A stretch of DNA of 64,000 nucleotides from an uncultured Candidatus Rokubacteria bacterium (GTDB taxonomy: Bacteria; Methylomirabilota; Methylomirabilia; Rokubacteriales; CSP1-6). The stretch covers positions 256,001 to 320,000 of the forward strand of contig CAVVEU010000008.1 in NCBI GenBank assembly GCA_963747235.1. Reading direction: 5' to 3'. Positions 42,757-52,367 of this stretch are shown piece by piece; the stretch's first letter is position 1, and every line of letters starts with the position of its first letter. The translations under genes were made by a program, and so were the position numbers. Below the pieces are notes generated by a model. It searched no databases. It was not told the DNA's origin and saw only the letters and a program-made list of their open reading frames with translations.

Positions 42757-43877
42757 GAGCGCCTCTGGCCTCTCATGGGTGGGCTCGGCGGCGGGCTCGC
42801 GGCCGGCTGGGGGGCGCCACCGAGCCGCGCCGCCATCTCGGCCCGCTGGGCGGCGAGCGCGGCGGGCGGGTTGCCGTAGGCGTGATCGAACATGCCGAGC
42901 GGATCCGGCGGGCCGACCGCCTCGAAGGCGGCCACGTCGCGCGCGATCTCCGCGTCCACCGCTTCCTCGAGGTCGGGCTCGAGCAGGTTCCGCTGCTGGA
43001 GGTAGGCGCGGAAGCGGGTGAGCGGGTCCTTCCGCTCCCACGCCTCCACCTCCTCGGTCGAGCGGTACTTGGTGGGATCGTCGGAGGTGGTGTGCACGCC
43101 CAGGCGATAGGTGACGCACTCGATGAGGGTCGGGCCGTCGCCGCGGCGCGCCCGCTCCACCGCCTCGCGGCTCGCCGCGTACACCGCGAGCACGTCGTTG
43201 CCGTCCACCTGGAGGCCGGGGAAGCCGTAGGCCAGCGCCTTCTGGGCGATCGTGCGCGAGTGGGTCTGCTTCTTGAGCGGAATCGAGATCGCCCACTGGT
43301 TGTTCTGGACGAGGAAGACCACCGGCACGTGCCAGACGCCCGCGAAGTTCAGGGCCTCGTGGAAGTCGCCCTCGGAGGTGGCCCCGTCGCCGCAGTAGGA
43401 CATCACCACCGCGTCGTCGCCGCGGTACTGCGCGGCGTAGGCCAGGCCCACCGCGTGCGGCACCTGGGTGGCGACCGGGATGCAGATCGGGAGGTCGTGC
43501 TGATCGGGCTCGGGCCGTCCGCCCTCCAGATAGCCCGAGAAGAAGAGCAGGATCTTCTGCATGGACCAGCCGCGCCAGAGCATGGACGCGGTCTCGCGGA
43601 AGGACGGCACCAGCCAGTCGGTCCGCCGCAGCGCGGCCGCGCTGCCGACCTGGGCCGCCTCCTGGCCCTTGATCGGCGCGAAGGTGCCGATGCGCCCCTG
43701 GCGCTGCAGCCGCAGCATGCGCTCGTCGAAGCGCCGGGCCAGGAGCATGGCGCGGTACAGGCGCTTGAGCTCGTCGGGGGCGATCTGCGGGTCGAGGGCG
43801 GAGTCCAGGTTGCCGTCACTGTCCAGGATGGACAGGTGCTCGATCGTGAATTGCGGCTCGATGATGGTCCTGGGCAT
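42744..43877 (-). CDS. pdhA: 2-oxoacid dehydrogenase E1 alpha subunit
   Basis: [36 protein letters not shown]. Confidence 0.9.
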   Translation of the reverse strand: MPRTIIEPQFTIEHLSILDSDGNLDSALDPQIAPDELKRLYRAMLLARRFDERMLRLQRQGRIGTFAPIKGQEAAQVGSAAALRRTDWLVPSFRETASMLWRGWSMQKILLFFSGYLEGGRPEPDQHDLPICIPVATQVPHAVGLAYAAQYRGDDAVVMSYCGDGATSEGDFHEALNFAGVWHVPVVFLVQNNQWAISIPLKKQTHSRTIAQKALAYGFPGLQVDGNDVLAVYAASREAVERARRGDGPTLIECVTYRLGVHTTSDDPTKYRSTEEVEAWERKDPLTRFRAYLQQRNLLEPDLEEAVDAEIARDVAAFEAVGPPDPLGMFDHAYGNPPAALAAQRAEMAARLGGAPQPAASPPPSPPMRGQRRSWPS

Positions 43878-43932
43878 TGGCGGCGGCCCGTTCTCACGCA
43901 TTCTACCCCGGACCCGGGGTATTCTCTGCGCC

Positions 43933-44844
43933 ATGCGCGTCCGGGTTCGCGTGCCTGCCACCTCCGCCAACCTCGGGCCCGGCTTCGACGCGCTGGGCCT
44001 GGCCCTGGCGCTGTACAACGAGGTGATCCTCGAGGAAGCGGACGGCATCTCGGTCAGCGTGGAGGGCGAGGGCGCGGGCCGCCTCGACGACGGACGCGAA
44101 GAACGTGGTCGCGCGCGGCGTCGCCCTCGGCTTCGAGGTGGCGGGCCGGCCCTTTCGCGGCGGGCGTCTTCACTGCGTCAACCGCATCCCGCTGAGCCGG
44201 GGCCTGGGCTCGAGCGCGGCCGCGTGGGTCGGCGGGCTGGTCGCGGCCAACGCGGTGCTGGGCGAGCCGCTCGATCGGGACGCGCTCGTGACCGCGGCGG
44301 CCCGGGCCGAGGGCCATCCGGACAACGTGGCCGCCGCGGTGCTGGGCGGGCTCACCGTCTCCTGCGCCGACGGCGCGCGCGTCACCGCGGTGAGCCTGCC
44401 GGTGCCGCCCGAGATCGCCTGGGTGGTGCTGTTGCCGGAGACCGAGAGCTCCACGCGGGAGGCCCGCGCGGTGCTGCCCGGACTCGGTGCCGCGGGCCGA
44501 CGCGGTCTTCAACGTGCAGCGGGTGAGCCTGCTGCTGGCCGCGCTCGGCGCCGGCCGTCCGGACCTGCTCGATCTCGCCATGCAGGACCGGCTGCACCAG
44601 CCCTATCGCCAGCGGCTCTTCCCCTGGATGGAGGCGGTGGCCGCCGCGGGGCGGCGCGCGGGCGCGCTCGGCTGTGTCCTGAGCGGCGCGGGGCCGTCCA
44701 TGCTCGCGGCGGTGCGCGGGCGGCGGCGACGCGGTGGCGCGCGCGATGGAGCGCGCGCTCCGGGAGGCCGGCATCGAGGGCCGGGCGCTCAGCTTGCCGG
44801 TGGACGCGGCGGGCGCGACGTGGGAGAGGCTGCCCGAGACTTGA
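43933..44844 (+). CDS. thrB: Homoserine kinase, frameshifted
   Basis: [47 protein letters not shown]. Confidence 0.92.
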
Positions 44845-44870
44845 CTCCCACTCGGAGCAGGCAGTACGAT
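44841..44870 (+). promoter_or_regulatory. Sigma70-like promoter for dcd-pup-fmdB
   Basis: TTGACT-18-TACGAT upstream of dcd. Confidence 0.55.
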
Positions 44871-44887
44871 CGGTCCAAGGTGTACTC

Positions 44888-45440
44888 GTGATCAAGAGCG
44901 ACCGCTGGATCCGCCGCATGGCCGTCGAGAAGGGCATGATCAAGCCCTTCGAGGACCGGCAGGTGCGAAAGGGCGGGATCTCGTACGGGCTCTCCTCCTA
45001 CGGCTACGACCTCCGCATCGCGGATGAGTTCAAGATCTTCACCAACATCAACACCACGATCGTGGATCCCAAGAGCTTCGACCCGCGTTCCTTCGTTGAC
45101 TAGCAGGGCGAGGTCGCGGTCGATCCCGCCCAACTCGTTCGCGCTGGGGCGCTCGGTGGAGTACTTCAAGATCCCGCGCAACGTGCTGACGATCTGCGTG
45201 GGGAAGTCCACCTACGCGCGGTGCGGCATCATCACGAACGTGACGCCGTTCGAGCCGGAGTGGGAGGGGTACGTGACGCTCGAGATCAGCAACACCACGC
45301 CGCTCCCGGCGAAGATCTACGCCAACGAGGGTATCGCGCAGGTTCTGTTCTTTGAATCGGATGAGGCCTGCGAGACGTCATATGCTGACAGGCAGGGGAA
45401 GTATCAGGGCCAGCAGGGGATCGTCCTGCCGACGGTCTAG
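44888..45440 (+). CDS. dcd: dCTP deaminase (in-frame TAG at 45101 and an indel near 45120, probably errors)
   Basis: [41 protein letters not shown]. Confidence 0.9.
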
Positions 45441-45485
45441 GCCCTGACGCCGGCTCCGCGGATCGGGGCCAGGAGGTGACGTCCC

Positions 45486-45691
45486 ATGGCTGAGCAGAAG
45501 AAGAAGGAAACGAGGCCGACCAAGCCCGCCGAGGGCGGTGACGACGCGGCGGCGCGGGTAGCGCCGAGCTGTCCAAGAAGGGCAAGAAGATCAAGGAGGA
45601 CCTGGACAACCTCCTGGACGAGATCGACGATATCCTCGAGGAGAACGCCGAGGAGTTCGTGAAGAGCTACGTCCAGCGCGGCGGACAGTAG
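45486..45691 (+). CDS. pup: Prokaryotic ubiquitin-like protein Pup (~68 aa; one base missing near 45550)
   Basis: AGGAGGT RBS at 45471; MAEQKKKE..; C-terminus EDLDNLLDEIDDILEENAEEFVKSYVQRGGQ-stop is the Pup signature. Confidence 0.9.
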
Positions 45692-45726
45692 CCGCGGGCT
45701 GGGCGGGAGAAGATCGGAGCGGCGTC

Positions 45727-45948
45727 ATGCCGATCTATGAGTACGCGTGCTCGGCCTGCGGGGCCGAGTTCGAGAAGCTCGTGCAGCGCCCGGAGCCGGT
45801 GGTGTGCCCGTCGTGCGAGAGCGCGCGCGTGAGCCGGCGGCTCTCCGTCGTCGGCGTGAAGACCGGCGGGCGCATGAGCGACGCCTCGCCCGCGCCCATG
45901 GGCGGAGGCGGTGGCGGCTGCTGCGGAGGTGGGTGCGGCTGCCACTGA
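45727..45948 (+). CDS. FmdB-family zinc-ribbon protein
   Basis: MPIYEYACSACG..FE..CPSC..RRLS; Gly/Cys tail GGCCGGGCGCH. Confidence 0.9.
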   Translation: MPIYEYACSACGAEFEKLVQRPEPVVCPSCESARVSRRLSVVGVKTGGRMSDASPAPMGGGGGGCCGGGCGCH

Positions 45949-45977
45949 GCCGGCGAGCGAGCTCGCCACGACCGGCG

Positions 45978-46003
45978 AGGGGCCTTCGGGCCCCTTTCGT
46001 GTT
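45978..46003 (+). terminator. Probable intrinsic terminator
   Basis: AGGGGCC-TTCG-GGCCCCT hairpin followed by TTCGTGTT. Confidence 0.55.
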
Positions 46004-46021
46004 CCATCCCGTCCGGGCCCC

Positions 46022-46050
46022 TTTACACGGCCCCGGGGCGCTTCTATACT
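46022..46050 (+). promoter_or_regulatory. Sigma70-like promoter, leaderless lysR-selD transcript
   Basis: TTTACA-17-TATACT; GTG 7 nt later with no RBS. Confidence 0.7.
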
Positions 46051-46057
46051 CGGCCCC

Positions 46058-46954
46058 GTGGATCTACGCCAGCTCGAGATCTTCGTCAAGGTCGCCGAGC
46101 TCGGCTCGTTCTCCAAGGCCGCCGACGCGCTGTTCCTGACCCAGCCCACCGTCTCGGAGCACATCCGCAGCCTCGAGGACGAGCTGGGCGTGCGCCTGCT
46201 CGACCGCCTCGGCCGGGGGGCCGCGGTCACCAAGGGCGGCGCTCCTGCTCCAGGGCTACGCGCAGCGGCTCCTCGCCCTGTCCCGCGAGACGCGGCAGGC
46301 GATGGAGAGCTTCCAGGGACGCATGAGCGGCGAGCTGCTCGTGGGCGCCAGCACGATTCCCGGCGAGTACATCCTTCCCGCCCTGATCGGCCGCTTCAAG
46401 GAGAAGTTTCCCGACATCGCGATCACCTTGCTCATCGGCGACAGCCAGGCGGTGACGGAGTGGGTGGCCGAGGGCCGGGCCGAGGTCGGGGTGGTCGGCG
46501 CGCGCTCGGCGCCACCGGGGCATCGACTACCGCGAGCTGCTGCCCGACGACATCGTCCTCATCGTGGGCGCGGCGCATCCCTGGCACGGGCGCAAGCAGG
46601 TCACGCTGGAGGAGCTGCGCGCCGAGCCGCTCCTGCTTCGCGAGCGCGGCTCGGGCACGCGCGCGGCGCTCGAGGCCGCGCTCACCCAGGCGGGCACCGA
46701 CATCGCGCGCCTTCCGCGTGGTCGGCGAGATGGGCTCGACCCAGGCCATCAAGCAGGCGGTCAAGGCCGAGCGTCGGCGTGTCGCTCGTGTCGCGGCGCG
46801 CGGTCGAGGAGGAGTGCCGGGCGGGCTCGTCTGGTGCCTCCGCGTGAAGGATCTCAAGATCACGCGCGCCTTCTACCTCGCGACCCACCGGGAGCGCAGC
46901 CGCTCGCCCCTCGCGGAGGCCTTCCGCGCCTTCGTCGAGGCCGAAGCCGTCTGA
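46058..46954 (+). CDS. LysR family regulator (selenium-metabolism-associated type), frameshifted
   Basis: DLRQLEIF..GSFSKAA..LTQPTVS, GASTIPGEYILP, RERGSGTR; directly upstream of selD. Confidence 0.85.
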   Translation: MDLRQLEIFVKVAELGSFSKAADALFLTQPTVSEHIRSLEDELGVRLLDRLGRGAAVTKGGAPAPGLRAAAPRPVPRDAAGDGELPGTHERRAARGRQHDSRRVHPSRPDRPLQGEVSRHRDHLAHRRQPGGDGVGGRGPGRGRGGRRALGATGASTTASCCPTTSSSSWARRIPGTGASRSRWRSCAPSRSCFASAARARARRSRPRSPRRAPTSRAFRVVGEMGSTQAIKQAVKAERRRVARVAARGRGGVPGGLVWCLRVKDLKITRAFYLATHRERSRSPLAEAFRAFVEAEAV

Positions 46955-46987
46955 CCGCCGCTCGCGCGGCGCCCGCTTCGTTCGCAC

Positions 46988-48058
46988 ATGGACCCGAAGC
47001 TGATCGATCCGAAGACCGGCAAGGAGATCCGGCTCACCGCTACGCGGCCTGCGCGGGGTGAGCGTCCAAGATGGGTCCTGGAGATCTCCAGGACGTGCTC
47101 GGCGGACCTGCGCGACGAGGAGCACGCCGATCTGCTGGTCGGGCTCGGCCGGAGCGACGACGCCGCGGTCTATCGCGTGACCGACGACGTGGCGATCGTC
47201 GAGACGGTGGACTTCTTCCCGCCCATCGTGGACGATCCCTATCTCTTCGGCGCGATCGCGGCCGCCAACTCGATGTCCGACGTGTACGCGATGGGCGGGC
47301 AGGTGCTGTTCGCGCTCAACGTGGCGGGCTTCCCGCGCGACCTGCCCAAGGACATCATCGCGGCCGTCTTCCGCGGGCGGCGCCGACAAGGTGCGCGAGG
47401 CGGGCGGCGTCATCGCGGGCGGCCACACCGTCGTGGACGCGGAGCCCAAGTACGGGCTCTGCGTCACCGGCCGGGTCGATCCGCGGCGCATCCTGATCAA
47501 GGGCGGGCTCCGGCCCGGGCCAGCGCGTGTTCCTGTCCAAGCCGCTCGGCACCGGCGTGATCGCGACCGCGGCCAAGAACGACACGTGCGAGCCCGCGGT
47601 GCTCGACGGCGCGGTGCAGAGCATGCTGCGGCTCAACCGCGTGGCGGCCCGGGTGGCGCAGGAGGCGGGGGCGACCGGCGCCACCGACATCACCGGCTTC
47701 GGCCTCCTCGGCCACGCCGGCGAGATGGTGGCGGCCTCGGGGGCCGGCCTGGCCCTTCGCAGCGCGGACCTGCCGCTCCTGCCGGGCGCGCGCGCGCTGG
47801 CCGATCTGGGAAGCTTCAGCGGCGGCATGGGCCGCAATCGCCGCTATCTCGAGGAGGACGTTCGGGCGGCTCCGCATCGACCCGGCGGTGCCGGACGCGC
47901 TCGTCAAGCTGCTCTTCGAGTCGGAGACCTCCGGCGGCCTCCTCTTCGCGGTCGACGCGGCGCGCGCCGCCGCGGTGCACGACGGCTTCGCGCGCGCGGG
48001 CGAGCCCGTCTGGGAGATCGGCGAGGTGACCGCCGAGCCGCGCCTCGCGCTGATCTAG
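46988..48058 (+). CDS. selD: Selenide, water dikinase, Sec-containing (TGA 47059-47061); several indels
   Basis: IRLT.YAACAG-U-ASKMGP aligns with SelD AG-C-GCK; [49 protein letters not shown]. Confidence 0.92.
47075..47094 (+). promoter_or_regulatory. SECIS-like hairpin in selD
   Basis: GTCCTGGA-GATC-TCCAGGAC, an 8-bp stem starting 13 nt after the UGA. Confidence 0.75.
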
Positions 48059-48087
48059 GCGTCGCGCGTATGGTCAGCCGCTTCGAG

Positions 48088-48151
48088 CGCGGGCTTCGCC
48101 CGCGCGACCTGCTTTTGGGGGAGGTTCGGACGGGGGGCGAAGCCCCCTCCG
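48088..48151. repeat. Intergenic GC hairpins (REP-like or bidirectional terminator)
   Basis: CGCGGGC-TTC-GCCCGCG and GGGGGC-GAA-GCCCCC between convergent genes. Confidence 0.4.
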
Positions 48152-48153
48152 CG

Positions 48154-48417
48154 CTAGCGACTCGCGTCGGAGCGCTTCAGGAACGCGATCAGCTTCTGGC
48201 GGAGCTCGGCGGGGAGGTTGGTCTCGGGCTGTTCACGGAGACGCCGGGCGGCGTTGACGGTGCCCTTGTAGGTATTGACGAACGCCACGCATGGCGGGCA
48301 ACCGTCCAGATGCCACTCGAGCTGCGCGATCTGATCCTGGGGGAGCGACCCGTCGATGTAATCCGCGAGCAGCTCGACACACTCCGGGCACCCGATCTCA
48401 CGCGACGCTCCGTCCAT
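48154..48417 (-). CDS. Zinc-finger anti-sigma (ZAS/zf-HC2) domain protein
   Basis: C..CVELLADYIDG.L..HLDGCPPC. Confidence 0.85.
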   Translation of the reverse strand: MDGASREIGCPECVELLADYIDGSLPQDQIAQLEWHLDGCPPCVAFVNTYKGTVNAARRLREQPETNLPAELRQKLIAFLKRSDASR

Positions 48418-48557
48418 CTGCTCCCCCTCGCCGATGAGGCGATGACCTTGTAGCGAAACCTTAACACAGGGCCGTCCCGGAGCAAGTCCGTCTTTGCCGG
48501 CCGGAGCCGCGCGTCAATTGCCTTGTCGCGCGGGGCCGGTGTAGGCTCCTCGCAGCC

Positions 48558-49604
48558 ATGGCCGCTCGGGTGGCCGTCCTCACGCCCTTCGCATCGCCGT
48601 CGGTCCGTGGTAACGCCGTCACGGTCGATCGCATCACGCGCGGCCTCCGGCGGCGCGGCGTCGAGCTGCGCGTCTGGGATCTCTCGGTGGTGCCCGAAGG
48701 CGCGGTCGAGCACCAGATCGCCCAGTACGGGCCCGCGGTCATCCACGCGTTCCACGCCTTTCGCACCGGGCCCACCGCGGTACGGCTGGCGCGGCGCGCG
48801 GGCGTCCCCGTGCTGGTGACGGTCACCGGCACCGACGTGAATCAGGACCTCTTCGATGAGGATGGGGCGCCGATCGTCCGGCGGGTGCTGGAGGGGGCGG
48901 GGGCGGTGAGCGTCTTCGACGAGTCGATGGCCGCCCGCATCGTGGAGGTCCTGCCCGCGACGGCGTCCCGGCTCGTGGTGATCCCGCAGAGCGTGGTGTT
49001 CGAGCTGCCGCCCCCCGGCCACTGGCCGCCCATCGCCGCGCTGACGCGGCGGCCCGGCCCCATCATCCTGTTCCCGGCGGGCATCCGGAAGATCAAGCGG
49101 CCCGTGTTCCCGCTGGAGCCGCTCGAGCACTTGCGCGACCGGCATCCGACGCTCGAGCTGGTCTACGTGGGGCCCATCATCGACGCGCCGGAAGGCGAGG
49201 CCCTGCGCCGGCTGCTGTCCGGGTATCCGTGGGCCCAGTACCTGGGGACGGTGCCGCACAATCGAATGCCCGCCCTCCTCGAGCTGGCGGACGTCGTGCT
49301 CAACTGCTCGCTCTCCGAGGGCGGGATGGCCAACGCGGTGCTCGAGGCGCTCGCGCTCGGCCGCGCGGTGCTCGCCGCGGACATCGCGGGCAACCGATCG
49401 CTCGTCGAGGACGGGATCACCGGCTTCCTGTTCGGCTCGGCGGAGGAGCTGGCCGCGAAGGCCGATCGCCTCCTGCAGGATCCCGACCTCCGCGCCCGGC
49501 TCGGCGTGGCGGGGCGCGAGCGCGTCAGCGCGCGCTTCGGCGCCGATCGCGAGACCGACGGCTACCTCGCCGTGTACACGCGACTGGCGCCGGATTTCGG
49601 CTGA
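48558..49604 (+). CDS. GT-B family 4 glycosyltransferase resembling SenB/GLT1D1
   Basis: RGNAVT..R, HAFHA, TGTD, IPQS, GIRKIK, SLSEGGMANAVLE, DIAGN. Confidence 0.85.
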   Translation: MAARVAVLTPFASPSVRGNAVTVDRITRGLRRRGVELRVWDLSVVPEGAVEHQIAQYGPAVIHAFHAFRTGPTAVRLARRAGVPVLVTVTGTDVNQDLFDEDGAPIVRRVLEGAGAVSVFDESMAARIVEVLPATASRLVVIPQSVVFELPPPGHWPPIAALTRRPGPIILFPAGIRKIKRPVFPLEPLEHLRDRHPTLELVYVGPIIDAPEGEALRRLLSGYPWAQYLGTVPHNRMPALLELADVVLNCSLSEGGMANAVLEALALGRAVLAADIAGNRSLVEDGITGFLFGSAEELAAKADRLLQDPDLRARLGVAGRERVSARFGADRETDGYLAVYTRLAPDFG

Positions 49605-49757
49605 GCGCGCGGCACGGTCTATGCTGCCGCGCCGAGTCAATCGGGCCGAGCGCGGTTCCGGAGCGCGTTTCGCGCGCGTTTGGGAGTGTCGCGCCGGTGA
49701 CGTTGAGTGAATTTCCGGCATCGCGCGCGTCGGAGTGGCGAAAGAAGGGGCAGGTAG

Positions 49758-49786
49758 TTGACGGGGCTGGAACGCCCCCCTATGAT
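49758..49786 (+). promoter_or_regulatory. Sigma70-like promoter of the moxR operon
   Basis: TTGACG-17-TATGAT; AAGGAG RBS before the ATG at 49821. Confidence 0.75.
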
Positions 49787-49820
49787 GGATCAATTCCAAG
49801 GCGGGAAAGGAGCCGTTCAA

Positions 49821-50865
49821 ATGGCGCAGCCTCCCGTTTCTTCCAGCCAGTCCCAGGAGCAGCGAGTCCAGGAGTTCGTCGAGCGCCCACCAGGCGCTGC
49901 GTGCCGAGGTCGGCAAGGTCATCGTCGGCCACGACGACGTCGTCGGCGAGGTGCTGGTCGGCCTCTTCGCGGGCGGTCACGTGCTGCTGGAAGGCGTGCC
50001 CGGGCTCGGCAAGACCCTCCTGATCAAGACGCTCGCGGAGAGCCTCGAGCTCTCCTTCTCCCGCATCCAGTTCACGCCCGACCTGATGCCGGGCGACATC
50101 ATCGGCACCAACATCATCGTGGAGGACGCGCAGGCGCGGAAGCACTTCCAGTTCCAGCGCGGGCCCATCTTCGGCCACATCCTGCTCGCCGACGAGGTGA
50201 ACCGGGCCACGCCGAAGACGCAGTCCGCGCTGCTCGAGGGCATGCAGGAGGGCGCGGTCACCGTCTCCGGGCCACTCGCACCCGCTGCCGCAGCCCTTCT
50301 TCGTGCTCGCCACCCAGAACCCGATCGAGATGGAAGGCACCTACCCGCTGCCGGAGGCGCAGCTCGACCGCTTCCTCTTCAAGCTGCGGGTGCGCTACCC
50401 GGCGCTCGAGGAGCTGACCGAGATCATCGACCGCACCACCCACGTGCGGCACGTCGAGGTCCAGCGCGTCTTGACCGGCGCCCAGGTGCTCGCCATGCGC
50501 GAGCTGGTGCGCGAGATCCCGATCGCCACGCACGTGCGGGATCTCGCGTCCTACATCGTGCTCGCCACGCCATCCGCAGTGGGAGCGGGCTCCCGAGTCC
50601 GACCCGCCGCTTCGTCCGCTACGGGGCGAGCCCGCGCGGAGCGCAGGCCCTGGTGCTGGGCGCCAAGGTCCGCGCGCTCTCGGAGGGCCGCTTCAACGTC
50701 AGCGTGGAGGATCTCCGGGCCACCGCGCTGCCCGCGCTCCGGCACCGGCTCATCCTGAACTTCGAGGGCGAGGCGGAGGGAGTGGACGTGGACGACCTGA
50801 TTCGCCAGACCGTCGATGCCGCCGAGACCATGACCGGTTCAGAGAAAGAGGTCTTCCTGAGATAG
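49821..50865 (+). CDS. MoxR family AAA+ ATPase, frameshifted
   Basis: [64 protein letters not shown]. Confidence 0.92.
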
Positions 50866-50881
50866 GCGAGAGGAGAGTCTG

Positions 50882-52367
50882 ATGCCCGGTCCCACGGTGA
50901 TCGAGCGGCTCGTCGCGGACGTCGCCCGGCAGATCCGCCTGCGACGCGCGGAGTTCTACGGCCTGCGCGGCCTCTTGTGGGGCTCTGTGGCCGCGGTCGT
51001 GCCGCTCGTCCTCAAGGAGTCGCTGGGGCCCTGGAGCTACCTGGGCGCCGCCATCCTCCTGCTGGCGGGCGCGGGGGCCGGCGCGCTCTGGGGCTTCCTG
51101 CTGAAGCTGCCCTCGGCGCGAGGTGGCGCGGCTCGCCGACCGCGGCTACGGACTTCAGGATCGGGTGAGCACCGCGCTCGAGTGGGCCGAGCGCGCGGAT
51201 CGCACCCCGATCGTGGAGGCCCTCGTCGCCGACGCGGCCGCCCGCGCCGATCAGCTCGGCGCGCGGCGCATCATCCCGCGCCGGGTGCCGCGCGAGGCCA
51301 AGTTCGTGCCCGTCCCGCTCGTGCTGGGGCTCGTGCTGGCCGCGGCCCCGCCGATTCCGCTGCCGCAGGGCGGCCTGCCCAACTTCTCGGTCTCCCGCGA
51401 CGAGGAAGAGGAGAAGCTCAAGGAGCGCGGCGGAGACCTGCAGCAGTCGGAGCGCCGGCAGGCCACCCGGCGCGACCCGGTGCAGCGGGCGGAGGTGCAG
51501 GAGCGCACGCTGACGCCCCGCATGGGCGGAGGCGGCCAGAGCCAGCCCGGCGATCTGGCCGCCGTCTTCAAGGACACCTCGCTGGCCGGCCGCACGCCCG
51601 ATTTCAACTCCTTCCTCAAGAAGGGCGACGACCGGCTGCGGATGCTGGAGCAGATGGACCGGCTGCCCGATCTCCAGAGCGACTTCACGCAGAACCAGGC
51701 CCGGGCCGTCTTCCAGAAGGCCAAGGCGCTACGCGGCGGCCTCGACCCCAACAAGAAGGTGTCGCCGGAGAAGCTGCGCGAGCTGCTGCAGGAGATGGAG
51801 CGGCTCGGGCGGAAGAACCAGCCGGGCGGCGGGCAGAGCGACTGGTCGGGCGACGTCTACGAGGGCATGGAAGCGCTCGAGGGCGGCCAGAGCGACAAGG
51901 CCATGGAGGCGATGGAGCGCGCGCTGAACAAGATGCGCTCCAAGGAAGAGCGGGGCCGCGACGGCAAGTCGCTCAAGGGCGGGCGCGAGAGCGACCGGCG
52001 CGGCAACAAGCGCGGGAACGAGAAAGGCCAGGGGCAGGGCGGGCCGGGCGACGAGGGCGATTTCCCGGAGGGCGAGGGGCTGCTGCCGGGCCGCGGCAAG
52101 AGCGGGTCCCCGAAGGGCGACGCCACCGCGCGCCTGCGCGGCAGTCCGTTCGACGTGGGCGTGGAAGGCGAGGCGCGGGCGGGTCGCAAGCAGGGAATCG
52201 ACACCAACATGGTGGGCCGCGGCTCGCAGATGCCCTCGCGCCTGCAGTACATGGGCGTGCTCGGGCAGTACCGGAAGATGATGGAGGAGTCCATCGCGCG
52301 CGAGCAGGTGCCGCGCGACTTCCAGAGCCAGGTGAAGGAGTACTTCCAAGCGCTGGATGAGAAATAG
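50882..52367 (+). CDS. Membrane-anchored coiled-coil protein of the MoxR operon, frameshift near 51120
   Basis: N-terminal TM segments, LQDRVSTALE, Gly/Glu-rich helical region, C-terminal VPRDFQSQVKEYFQAL. Confidence 0.75.

Noticed and set aside
45946-45967. Hairpin right after the fmdB TGA following a Cys-rich tail (possible C-terminal Sec)
   Set aside because: The stem starts only ~3 nt after the UGA, unlike the 10-14 nt of the four supported cases. The read-through product looks non-coding and crosses a terminator, and the tail is a normal FmdB ending.
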